A stretch of DNA of 64,000 bases from Octopus vulgaris. Taxonomy: Eukaryota. Of this stretch, positions 1-16,716 are shown piece by piece. The notes under the pieces were generated by a model. That model had not been told where the DNA came from and ran no database searches. It worked only from the letters and a program-made list of their open reading frames with translations. Location: positions 77,314,001-77,378,000 of the forward strand of contig OX597819.1 in assembly GCA_951406725.2 (NCBI GenBank), given 5' to 3'. A program made the translations under genes and the position numbers. How positions within the stretch are numbered: position 1 is the stretch's first letter; every line of letters begins with the position of its first letter.

Positions 1-8
1 ATATATAC

Positions 9-71
<63 letters not shown>

Positions 72-126
72 TATATACATATACATATATATATACATAT
101 ATATATACATATACATATATATATAC

Positions 127-158
<32 letters not shown>

Positions 159-256
159 ATATATATATACATATATATATACATATACATATATATATAC
201 ATATACATATATATATACATATACATATATATATACATATACATATATACATATAC

Positions 257-990
<734 letters not shown>

Positions 991-1007
991 TATATACATA
1001 TGCACAC

Positions 1008-1118
<111 letters not shown>

Positions 1119-1229
1119 AATGTAGGTAGTTAGGTATAGATACATACCATACATACGTGCATTCATACATAGGTTTTCAATTAGTCTTTTGGTGGAATTG
1201 TGTTGAAATATAGATAATTAAATACTTGC

Positions 1230-1330
1230 CAACAAGAAGACTGGGCTGACCACCGCCCAACAGCCACGCCAAAAGATACCTGGGCGGGTACCGATCATGG
1301 ATTCGATATCATCACTAAATCTGTTCACTC
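1230..1330 (-). CDS. SLC6A4: Serotonin transporter exon (TM11 region), 101 bp
   Basis: Translates (G)[33 protein letters not shown]. Acceptor attctag|; phase joins the 4531-4630 exon (G+GA = Gly). Apparent donor |gcaagt. Confidence 0.88.
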
Positions 1331-1392
1331 CTAGAATAATGATTATTGATAGTAATATTAACGATAATAGTGACAGCATTATAATAATAATG

Positions 1393-1451
<59 letters not shown>

Positions 1452-1452
<1 letters not shown>

Positions 1453-1930
1453 CTGGAGGCGGAGAAATGCAAAATTTTGTGGGATTTTCCGATTCAAATG
1501 GATAAGAAGCTAGAAAAATAACAGACTAGACATGACAATAATAGACAAGGTAAAGCGAAGCTGCTTTCTAGTTGATCCATCATGCCCACTTGATCCCAGG
1601 TTTGTAAAGAAAGGGTATGAAAAGCAAAAGACTTATAATCCCTTAAAATTTGAAATTGCAAGAAACTGTAAAGGTTGTGCCTTTAATAATTGGTGCAATG
1701 GGAACTGTAAGTAAATATATAGACAAATATTTGAAGGAAATTGAAATAGAATGTCCTGTAGAGCTTCTACAGAATGTTTGCCGCTTAGGAGCAGGGGAGA
1801 TTATCGGGAGGGTCTTCAAGTTCTTGAAAGACCATTGGAAGCTTGTGGATACCTAAGGTTGCAGGTAGCAACCCGCTACCCACATAAATTCTACCAGGAA
1901 TAAGAACGAACCTGATAAAATCAATAACAA
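1452..1930 (+). mobile_element. 3' fragment of an R4/Dong-like non-LTR element (restriction-like endonuclease)
   Basis: [39 protein letters not shown]; inserted in (TAA)n. Confidence 0.75.
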
Positions 1931-2882
1931 TAACTATAGTCGTAACTGTTTTAGGTTCATGTTCACGTGATATTTGCGGAATATAATTTGTCTCGTTATT
2001 TTTTTTTTTAATAAATTAGTCGTTAACCCTCCTCTTGCTTTCAACAAATGCTATTTGCATGTGTTTATATTATGCAAATATTTATAATAAATTAACATAG
2101 CTCTGAGTGAATTTCACCCCAGTATATTTTCTAGTTACATTGTATTCATGTTATTAATAGTGGAAGTTCTCTTGTAGCGTCGATTCCTGCTGTTACTACA
2201 AGTAATAAGATTCTCTTTCATTTCTCGTTGTTGTTCCTCTCCGATACTCACTGTTTTTGTTGATGTGTCATAACACGTTGTTTCAAGCAAATCTCTGCGT
2301 TGTGAACTAAAGTTAGTCAAATATCACCTATGATCTAGAATAACGTTTTGTTTTTCAGTGACAACGATTACAGGAATAACCAGTTATTTAACCAGAATCA
2401 TATCTATAGCATTAATGTTTGAGTCTACTATTTATCGTAAATTCAATGAATAACCTCCCACGCTAAGTATGCGATTGTGCAGACCTAATATTTGTATATA
2501 TGCATATATGTATGATATATATACATGCATGAACCTGCCTGTATATGTATGTCAATTCACAAAGGTTTAATACATTTACTAATGCTGTTTTAGTAAAAAA
2601 TTCTCACTCGTCGTTTTCGACTCTAACCTCTACTGCACATTTCTTGAAGTACCTTATACCAAAATTGACCCTGAGCTTTTAGAAACAGATCATCGTTAAT
2701 ACAAATACCATTTAGAGTAAACAAAATAAATTCAATACAAATACCTTCACCCAATTAAAATACCAAATACTATTTGTTTGCGTATATTTACATAGTTCAT
2801 GAATATGAATGTAAAAGATGATAGATAGATAGATAGACAGACAGACATAAATCAACATTTTGGCAGATAAACACACATACGC

Positions 2883-2915
<33 letters not shown>

Positions 2916-2945
2916 TGTATGTATGTATGTATGTATGTATGTATG

Positions 2946-2996
<51 letters not shown>

Positions 2997-3025
2997 CCGA
3001 AATATAAGTATTATATATCCATCAC

Positions 3026-3117
3026 GGCTGATTTTTCCAATCGGTTTCACGCAAGGAAACTAATAGAGTGTTAGGTAACAGTCCGTTTATATAACCTTAC
3101 GCTCATCAGATTTAGCC
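3026..3117 (-). ncRNA. Hammerhead-like motif (PLE remnant)
   Basis: Minus strand: CTGATGA-GCGTAAGG...CCTTGCGT-GAAA-CCGA-TT. Good stem II; stem III and stem I are imperfect. Adjacent to (TA)n. Confidence 0.6.
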
Positions 3118-3949
3118 GATATGAAAATGTGGCGACTTTTGTGTCTTACCTCTACATGAGCATCCTACCTCTACCTCGGGTGTAGGCCTACCTACTAAAA
3201 TTTCTTTTCACACTAGGTGCATAGCTCAAGGATAGTCTTAGGGTATGTCTATTAAATATTTTATTGAATCCATTAGTACGGGGGAAGGGTGTATCAACTA
3301 AACTAAGGAAGATGTTACCTACTCTGATCTTAACGTTTAAAGAGAATCACAGCACTTTCAGCTTCTGTCTGCCACAACACAGAGACGTCATATATATGTC
3401 TCGAGTTGTGGTTGTAATTCAAAGAGACCAGCCTTGTCAAATTTTGTGTGAGGCTGAATCTCCCTGAGAACTACGTTGATGTTATGCATGTCTGTGGAGC
3501 ACTCAGCCACTTTTGAGTTAATTTTATCCTCGTGTGGTAATGAAAAGGGAAATTGACATAAAATATTTGCTGTGTGTATGTATGTACGAACTTTTCTTTG
3601 GTTTTATGTATCTGCTGTTTCTCTCAGTTTCTCTCTTTCTCTTTCACTTGCTTTGTGTCCCTCTTCTCTCCCGCTTTTGATTTAATAATGTATATATATA
3701 AGCATTTAAAAATAATAAACGAATGCCGTCACCACTCACTGTCTCTTTCCCCCTCTCTTTCTCCCTCGCTTTCTCATTCTCTCTCTTTCTTACTTCCTCT
3801 CGGTCCCCCCCTCTCTCTCTCTCTCTCTCACTCACTTTGCCACTTCTTTGAAGTAAGTGTGCAGCACACAGCAGATACGTACAAAAACAAAAAAATTGCG
3901 TATTAATATTATTGATACTTCGCTAGCCACTAAACTCTTTTTGTTTTTT

Positions 3950-4091
3950 CATTTTCTCTCTCTGTTTATTTCTGTGTTTCTTTCTGTGGAAGAGCGTAGG
4001 GTCGAAACGCAAAAGACTTTCTCACTTCCCGAGAGTTAAACTAATACATCTGTTTATTGCTTACACACCCACCTTCGTCTTTTGTAAATTC

Positions 4092-4096
<5 letters not shown>
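3950..4096 (+). mobile_element. Short PLE pLTR-like remnant
   Basis: GAAGAGCGTAGGGTCGAAACG degenerate hammerhead-like core. Its 3' part matches the reverse complement of 27140-27210; ends at (TA)n. Confidence 0.45.
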
Positions 4097-4127
<31 letters not shown>

Positions 4128-4388
4128 TAAATTAGAGATAAAACCACTATTAGGCAAATCATACAATAAAAAACTTAAGCCAATACATAAGATTAATTAA
4201 TTTATATTATTTAAATATATATCAAAATTATTAAAAAAGATAATTAGTATAATTAGTATAATTAGTATATATAATAAATGTCCAAAATGATTCAGTGTTT
4301 CAATTGAAAAACATATACGAATGTATTATTGTTTGCTTAGGATACGGTATCCAATATATATATATAACATGTAGCTGGTTAGCTTAAA

Positions 4389-4525
<137 letters not shown>

Positions 4526-4530
4526 TTTAC

Positions 4531-4630
4531 CGTAAATCCAAGAAACTGCTACGGATTCCAGAAAGACAACAAACAATATAGATATTGGGGCACCATAAGT
4601 ATCTAATAGCTGGACCACGTATATACCACC
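4531..4630 (-). CDS. SLC6A4: Serotonin transporter exon (TM10 region), 100 bp
   Basis: Translates [33 protein letters not shown](G). Acceptor ctttattcag|, donor |gtaaat, phase 0 to phase 1. Confidence 0.9.
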
Positions 4631-6702
4631 CTGAATAAAGAGAAAAAGAACATGGCATTTGTAAGAAGCAATGTCTAAAGAATACTATACATCTGTATAC
4701 ATTTACCTGTTTTTTCAGACATACGCACACGCATGCATGTACATATACATAAGTATGTGTATGTGTGAGTGTGTCTTTATTTATTTCGCTCTAAGTTAAT
4801 GGGACGTACAGAAACCAGCATCAGTAGTCAAACGGTGGTGAAGAGCAAACGCAAAGAGAAATACACATTAAAATATACATATAGTGCTTGTTGAATGCAT
4901 AGATCTTGAGCCTCCATTTGCATTCCAAGGCCATCCAGTTATCGCCAGTGACAAAAGGTCAGATTTAAACCCAGAATGCAAGAGATCTGAAACAAATACT
5001 GCAAGCTTTTTATCCGATGTCACCGTAATCACTTTGCTAGTAGAAAAGGTTATTACTACCACCATCAGAACCACCGTTGTAAATTTTCCCCCGCCTTCTC
5101 AATCGCTGCCATCATCTTTACTACTATTACCTATTTCTTAACTACCCACAAGGGGCTAAACACAGAGAGGACAAACAAGGACAGACAAACGGATTAAGTC
5201 GATTATTTCGACCCCAGTACGTAACTGGTACTTATTTGATCGACCCCGAAAGGATGAAAGGCAAAGTCGACCTCGGCGGAATTTGAACTCAGAACGTAAC
5301 GGCAGACGAAATACGGCTACGCATTTTGCCCGGTGTGCTAACGTTTCTGCCAGCTCGCCGCCTCTTTACTACTATTACCTTATGACCGTAACTTTACTAC
5401 TATTACCTTATGACGGTAACTGTTGTTCGTGTTGTTGTTGGTATTCCCAGTCACCCCTGGTAAAGAAGATCCATGAACAAAGCTGTTCCAGCTAGAACCG
5501 TCTCGTCTTTTTGTATCTTTAATCTTTTACTTGCTTCAGTAATTGGACTGTGGCCATGCTGAGACACCGCCTTGAATAGTTCAGTGGAACAAATCGACCA
5601 CAGGACTTATTTTCAAGCCCGGTACCTATTCAATTGGCCTCTTTTGCCGAATCACCATAGTAAAGGCGCGTGGCTTAGTGGTTAAGGTGTTCGGATTACG
5701 ATCGTAAGGCCGGGAGTTCGATTCCTGGCTGCGCGTTCTGTCCTTGAGCAAGACACTTTATTTCACGTAATTTTAGTATACATAGGTCCGAAGGCGGCGA
5801 GCTGGCAGAATTTTTAGTACACTGTGAAAAATATTTAGTGGCATTTCGTCCGTCTTCACGTTCAGATTTCAAATTCTACCGAGGTCGACTTTACCTTTCA
5901 TCCCTTCGGATTCGATAAAGTAACTACCAGTTGAATAATGGGGTCGATGTAACTGACTTTTCCCTCTCCTAAAACCTCTGACAGCCTAGTCTGTCGCGTG
6001 ACACACACACACACACACACACACACACGCGCGCGCGCGACGGGATTTCATTTTCAGTCTACTGAGTTCACTCACAAGTCTTTGGTCGATCCGAGTCTAT
6101 AGTAGAAGACACTTGCCCAAGGTGCCACGCAATAGGACTAAACCCGAAACCATGTGGTTGAGAAGCAAAATTCTTCTCACACAGCCACGTCTGTGGCTAT
6201 ATATTTATTTTCTTTTGAAATGCACTATCCTGGAAATCCAACACTGACAACAGTATGAACTATTTCAGCGACTGAGAAGGTTAACTCGATGACAGCAAAA
6301 GTTTTTCTCTATCTTTATTAATTCTCCGTACGTGACTATTAGGAAAATGAACATTATGTTTTATTAAATGGCGAAACACCGAGTTTGTAGAATCCTTTAT
6401 TTATTAACTTTCTTTTATTTTCCGAGAAGTACAATACGATAAAGCAGATTAAGATTTAAAGGCACCGGCGTTTGATAGTCTAGCAGATGTTCAACTTTTG
6501 TAGTCGTTAATCCGCAAGTATTTGCTAAAGATAAGAAAATGTATTTATACGTATTTAGTTTTTGCTGTAATATACGCAAACGAATATTTATTGCTTTCAT
6601 ATACTTTTATAATACATACCTGCATGCATACATGCATACATACATACATACATACATATATGTGTGTGGGTATGTCTATGTATATGCATGTATATATACA
6701 TA

Positions 6703-6755
<53 letters not shown>

Positions 6756-6821
6756 ATGCATACATGTATATATACATATATATACACATATATATATATT
6801 CACACACACACACACACTCAC

Positions 6822-6882
<61 letters not shown>

Positions 6883-6886
<4 letters not shown>

Positions 6887-7732
6887 GTACTGTGAATAAA
6901 CTATCGTCTAAATTACGCAAGAATGAAAATAACTCTGACATCTCATTTTAACAGATGTATTTACGAAAATTACATAAAAATATCTTGAAATCCTAAATAG
7001 TATATTTATTAAATAAAATCGCGATTGGCTTCAATCACGGCCTCAAGACGACTTGAGAATCTGCGGCATCTCTTCTGGACAATCTTCTTATTTAAGTTGG
7101 TGAATGCTACCATAATCCTTGCCTTCACTTCATCTTTGGTGTTACAAGGAGTTTTGTTAGTCTCTCACTCAACTGCGTCCCTCATATTTTAATCAAGTGA
7201 GTTGCAGTCTGGGGAGTTAGGTGGCTAGATGTTAGGTATGATGTGGTCGCAGAAATTGTCTGACAGCCATAACTGGGTGCTCCTGCCTGTGTGGCATCGT
7301 GCAGAGTCCTGTTGCCAGACACATGGTCTTCTAGTAGTCACCCTCTTGACCCAGGGCAGCAGCACCTCCTCCAGGCACTTGATGTAGGCCTCCATGTTGA
7401 GTCTGAGGTCGTGTAGGAAGATGAATGGGGGCATAACGTCGCCATCAGTAGTGATCACTCCAAACACCATGATGTTGACGAAATTGCACTGTCCTCAGAT
7501 CGACACTCAAGCACTCTGAAATGTTCGTATTGGACCTTCCGGTGCGAATGCCAAGCAGTTCAGCATGTTGTTTCCAAATTTCTGGCAGAGTGAATTGCAT
7601 CATGGTGCTGTTTTCTCACAGACGGTGCTCACTGACCCTACTATACTGTGTAGTTGACAAAATCAAAAACAAACAATGCGCATGCACGAAATAAAAAATA
7701 TAAAATGGCGACAATTTACCCATCGCACCCTG
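6883..7732 (-). mobile_element. Internally deleted DD37D (maT-type) Tc1/mariner transposon
   Basis: TIRs CAGAGTACTGTGAATAAACTATCG / CGACAATTTACCCATCGCACCCTG with TA flanks. MVFGVI..., WQQD-(37 aa)-D ending PPNSPDCNSLD, with one stop. Confidence 0.85.
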
Positions 7733-7763
7733 TATATGCGCGCGCGCATATGCATATATATAT

Positions 7764-8365
<602 letters not shown>

Positions 8366-8849
8366 ATACATACATACATACATACATACATACATACATA
8401 CATACATACATACATACATACATACATACATAGGTAGGTAGATAGATAGGTGTACATTTGCTTTTAACGCGTTCCTGAACACTAGAATGTGAATGGTATT
8501 CGCTGCAGGATTTTGGAAAAGACAAAAAGAATTGCCCATATAGAGTTTGTGTACAAATAACGTCAGCAGACAACCAGACACAGTGTTTGCACGTAATGTT
8601 GCCTGTTCATTGGTTGACACTACCTTGACCATTTGCAGTTAACCGAAAACCTCTGACTTTAGGTAGAATGTAGAAATTTTCCTCTGTGACAAAGCTCGCA
8701 TAGAATGCCTATCAGATCCTAGTATACAGAAATTGTAAAAAGATAAACGTAAACACCATTATTTTGAACTTTGCTGCTTTGCGTGCTTATACAAAATTAA
8801 TTCCACTTTGGAAAGCATCGGAAAACACCAGCGGAAGTATTCTTTGCTG

Positions 8850-8906
<57 letters not shown>

Positions 8907-9172
8907 TACATATTGCATGCAGAAATATACTTATAGATATTATAAATATATATATATACATATATAATTGTGTGTGTTTATGTGCGTCTGTGTGTGTGTG
9001 TTTGCGTGTGCATAGGCGCGTATGTGATAAAGCATAGGATTGATATAGTTGGAAATACGTCAATATATCTTATCTGATACATATCTATGCAAAAATAATC
9101 TGAAGTACAAGATAACAAAGATTTTAATGTGCTTGAAATACACAATCACACAAATGCACAGTAACAGACGCG

Positions 9173-9225
<53 letters not shown>

Positions 9226-9370
9226 ATACACACCACACACACACACCACACACACACACAAATACACCCTGAGAGAACATCACAAACGAGCGCACATCAC
9301 ATATTCTGGAAAACGATCTCTTTATAGCGCGCACATACTTCTGGAACACGAGCATACATCGAAATGTCTA

Positions 9371-9434
<64 letters not shown>

Positions 9435-9750
9435 GGAGACGTCCTTCGGTCACGAATGACCATGGGATTGCACCTAGAAATCTGGGCAAGGTTGTTTATG
9501 GAAGACCAGCAGCGCCCATGCATACCAGCCTCCTTCTCCATGCCACTGATGTCATCCAAGGGAAAGACAAAGGGGACTGATACAGCTTGGCACCAGTGAT
9601 GTTGCAACTCATTTCTACAGCTGAGTGAACTTGAGCAACGTGAAATAAAGTGTCTTGCTCAAGAACACAAAACGCTGCCCGGTCCGAGATTCAAACTCAC
9701 AACCTCACGGTCGTAAGTTCCACACTTTAACCACCGAGCCATGCGCCTTC
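9435..9750 (-). mobile_element. tRNA-derived SINE family C
   Basis: Minus strand GGCGCATGGCTCGGTGGTTA...GAGTTTGAATC...TTCTTGAGCAAGACACTTTATTTCAC. Copies at about 23345-23665, 26135-26462 and 28040-28190. Confidence 0.75.
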
Positions 9751-9756
9751 ACTATA

Positions 9757-9788
<32 letters not shown>

Positions 9789-9807
9789 GATATAGATAGA
9801 TAGATAG

Positions 9808-9918
<111 letters not shown>

Positions 9919-9924
9919 TGTATC

Positions 9925-9967
<43 letters not shown>

Positions 9968-9986
9968 CTATATATATATATATGTA

Positions 9987-12177
<2,191 letters not shown>

Positions 12178-12289
12178 TACAAATATACATATACATATAT
12201 ATACATGTATACATATACATACATATATATATATATATATATACAAACATATATATCATATATATATATACATATATATGTATACAAAC

Positions 12290-12328
<39 letters not shown>

Positions 12329-12377
12329 CACACAAACAGATATACACACATATATATATATATATATATACATACAA

Positions 12378-12408
<31 letters not shown>

Positions 12409-12462
12409 CAAACATACATATATATATATACATACAAACTTAAATATATATATATATAATAC

Positions 12463-12493
<31 letters not shown>

Positions 12494-12922
12494 ACATATG
12501 TATATATGTTCAGCGGTAAGCAAGTATATATATATATATCATATAATTGGAGGGAATCTTGGTGTCATTAAAGGATTAGGAATAAACTTCCAATAACTCT
12601 GATTCTTTCTTTCCATCATATACTTTCATAATGCCCAAATGCGCCCTGAACCTCTGCTGACGTTCATCGCTGTCTCCGTTTACGTTTCACTGATTAAAAT
12701 TGGATATAGGTCATAATAATCTTCGGAATCAAGACACTAAATTGCTTCGTTTAACCGACGGAATTTTGAATATTTATGAATTTGCCAGACGCATGCACAC
12801 AAACGCACGCACACAAATACATACATATATATAGAAAATAGAGTACAAGACCACATATATATATATATGCATATGATATATATATATATACACATAGTAT
12901 ATATATATAAAGAAATCAATGA

Positions 12923-12954
<32 letters not shown>

Positions 12955-13222
12955 GAGAGATGAGAGAAAGAGAGGGGGAAAAGAGAGGGACACACACACA
13001 GTGTGAGATACATAGACAAAGAAACAAATTATAACGGAAACACGATAAAAAAAAAACGAACAGTAATGACGATAGAAAACAAAAGAAAAACGACAATGCA
13101 TCGATGTCAAAAGCTACAACAGCTGCAACAACAAGAACAAAAACAACATGAAAATAAAAAGAAGGCAATCAAATAATCATTTTGATTATATTTAAATCGT
13201 TTCTGTTCGTGTTTAGTTGAAC

Positions 13223-13273
<51 letters not shown>

Positions 13274-14781
13274 GCTACATAAGCAAGGGGAAGGAAAGAG
13301 ATAAAGGGAGAAGGACAAAGAGTGAGAGACGTACAGATCGTATGTGTGAACATTACACAGAAAGAGTGTAAGAATAAAAACATATGTATAAATATATATA
13401 TTCTTTTATTTTTATTTTACTTGCTTCAGTCATTTGACTACAGCCATGCTGGAGCACCGCCTTGAAAAACATTTTAATCCAAGAAATCTACCCACGGGCT
13501 TATGCTTTGTAAACCTTGTACTTATTCTATCGGTCTCTTTTGCCAAACTGCTAGCTTACGGGGACATAAACACACCAGCATCGGTTGTCATACGATGGCG
13601 AGGATGGAGGAAGCACGCACATACATACACACACATATATGTGTATAGTTATACGACGGGGTTCTTTCAGTTTCCGTCTACCAAAACCACTCACAAGGTG
13701 TTGGTCGGCCCGAAGCTATAGTAGAAGATATTTACCCAAGATGTCATGCAGTGAAACTGAACTTGGAACCATGTGGTCGGGTATGAAGCTTCTTACAACA
13801 CAGCCACGCCTGCACATATTTACTCTTTACTCTTTTACTTGCAGTCATTTGACTGCGGTCATGTGTGTGTTTGTGTGTCTGTGTTTGTCTTCCCAACATC
13901 GCTTGACAACCGATGCTGTTGCGTTTACGTCCCCGTAACTTAGCGGTTCGGCAAAAGACACCGATAGAATAAGTACTAGGCTTACAAAGAATAAGTCCCG
14001 GGGTCGATTTGCTCGACTAAAAGGCGGTGCTCCAGCATGGCCGCAGTCAAAATGACTGAAACAAGTAAAAAAGGAAAAAAAGAGAAAAGATGTATGTATG
14101 TATTATGTATGTATGTATTATGTATGTATGTATGCTCGTATATCCGATTATTCGTCGCCGCTCTCTAATGGTGATACACATACACACACACATACATTCT
14201 TTTACTTGTTTCAGTCATTTGACTGCGGCCATGCTGTGACAATGTCTGGTAGGGTCTAGTAGAACAAATCGACCCCAGTACTTATTGTTTTTAATTCTGG
14301 TACTAATTAAAACCGTCTCATTGCCGAGCCGCTAAGTTACGAGAACGTAAACAAACCAGCACCGGTTTACAAGTAGTGAAGGTGATAAACATACGTGAGC
14401 GCGCGCGCACACACACACACACACACACAGCTTTAGTCACCCAAGGCGCCATGCAATGAGAGTGAAACTAGAACAATTTGGTTGGGAAGCAAACTTCTTA
14501 CCGCAAAGCACACACATACACACATACATAGAGGCAGACGGAAAAACAAATGGTCGCTCGCAACCTTAGAGTAATTAATTATATAATGAATAATGTTCAT
14601 TCTCTATTGTATTCGTTGCGTGACACAGAGTAAACCTGATTTTGTAACGCCAAGCGATCCTAGTTACAATGTGAACAAGACACTCACACGCACACATACA
14701 TTCAAACGAAACACACATACACACACACATATATATATATATAAGTATATATGTATTAATATATATGTATATATATATTGA

Positions 14782-14820
<39 letters not shown>

Positions 14821-14857
14821 GTATATATATATTGATTTATATATATATATATTAATG

Positions 14858-14944
<87 letters not shown>

Positions 14945-15476
14945 TTTCAGCAAAATTTAGATTCAAATGAATATGGTACTTAAGTTAGATGCACCAGAAT
15001 TTTGTACGGTGTTATCCATATAAATCCATGGGGTGATTATAATCAAAATAAGCAACAAAAATATCTTCGTTAATTTGGTACGATCGTTTCACGCTGTATC
15101 ATTTTATTAAACATTGTAAGTATTACAACAGTATAAAATGTTGAGCAATCATCAGCCGTTTATAGAGGTTTTCCATCAATACATATAATTATTTTCATGT
15201 TAATTAATAACATTATAAAGAGGGTAGATATGTAGGCAGAGATGTTGATTTGAATGTTAAGAACATTAAGGTGTTAGAACTTATCTTCTGACTGAAGAAT
15301 ATTCTTTAAGTTATTTTGAACTGCTAGAAAGTGGGGAGGGATATTCTTTTGAATGGAGACAAAAGAGATTTTCTATTTATAGAAGTAGGTAAGGGGTGAA
15401 ATAAATGCCAGAAGTTATTCCTAAAGAAAATTAAAGTGGAAAGGGGGTTATATTCTTGTTGCTTATTTTGATTATA
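14945..15476 (-). mobile_element. PLE 3'-end derivative with hammerhead motif, related to the Naiad-type element
   Basis: Minus strand CTGATGA(15155-15149)...GAAA-CGATCG-TA. Shares TTGTTGCTT, TTATAATCACCCCA and GGTGCATCTAA.TTA.GTACCATATTCA with 63100-63196. Short inverted copy near 15450-15476; (TA)n flanks. Confidence 0.78.
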
Positions 15477-15499
15477 TATATATATTTATATATATATTA

Positions 15500-15700
15500 A
15501 TATAGTCAATTCAAACAAGAACAAGCGAGTAAAAATAACAACGCGAAGACGTGGTACAAGTATTGTGTTATTGGACGCTCATGAAAGGAAAGAAAAGAAA
15601 GAGGATCTCGCGTTTCGAGCAGAGCTCTTCATCAGAAATATAGAAAATGTCCAAAGAAGGGAAGAAGAAAATGGCCAACGATACGCAAGCAGTCACATAT
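15500..15700 (-). mobile_element. Short PLE pLTR-like element with minimal hammerhead-like motif
   Basis: Minus strand CTGATGA-A-GAGC-TCT-GCTC-GAAA-CGCG at 15635-15609; similar to 49930-50120 on the other strand. Confidence 0.6.
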
Positions 15701-15719
15701 TGAATATATATATATATTA

Positions 15720-15761
<42 letters not shown>

Positions 15762-15846
15762 ATTTCTCTCTCTCTCTATATATATATATATATTAATATA
15801 TATTATATTAATATATATATATATACATATATATACATGTATATAT

Positions 15847-15914
<68 letters not shown>

Positions 15915-16272
15915 ATATATATACATACGTATATATATATATATAAGTGAAATGGCATGTGTGAGTGTCTCATTTAGTGATTATGCAGGGTTCATTGGTA
16001 GTAGGCCTGCTCGGATTGCGGCGAAAATTTACAGGGATATGTAAAATAAGGCGAGAAAGCGACTGGACTACGTTAGAAATCTCCATCTGAAAAGGTGTGG
16101 TTACTAGGGCAACAAAACCCAGACTTTGACAAGTGTTTGTGATTTTTCTCTTTCGGATATCCACCTTTCTTCCTCGATCTCTCTCTTTCCTCCCTTCCCT
16201 CTATAACGACGTTTCTCTCTATAACGACGTTTGACAACTTCCACTCTCTTTCCCCCCTCTCTCTCTCTCTTG

Positions 16273-16304
<32 letters not shown>

Positions 16305-16574
16305 AGGCGTAATGGCCCATTGGTTAGGGCAGCGGACTCGCGGTTGTAGGATCGCGCTTTCGATTCTCAGACCGGGACTAATAAAGCTCTACGAGGCTCT
16401 GGCAGGGGGTGATGGTGAACCCTGCCGTACTCTTTCACCACAACTTTCTCTCACTCTTTCTTCTTGTTTCCGTTGAGTGCTCAGCCACTTGCACGTTAAT
16501 TTCAGGAACAGGCTGTTCCGTTGATTGGATCAACTGGAACCCTCGTCGTCGTAACCGACGGAGTGCCATGATAT

Positions 16575-16674
16575 NNNNNNNNNNNNNNNNNNNNNNNNNN
16601 NNNNNNNNNNNNNNNNNNNNNNNNNNNNNNNNNNNNNNNNNNNNNNNNNNNNNNNNNNNNNNNNNNNNNNNNNN
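16575..16674. other. Scaffold gap (100 N, probably a placeholder of unknown size)
   Basis: Run of exactly 100 n. Confidence 0.99.
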
Positions 16675-16716
16675 AACTTCATTTTTTTTTCTTTTCCTCA
16701 ACCTTTTCGAGCGGTC

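Noticed and set aside
5664-5735. tRNA-like sequences here and at other SINE heads
   Set aside because: They continue into SINE body sequence and lack a complete cloverleaf and terminator; not tRNA genes.
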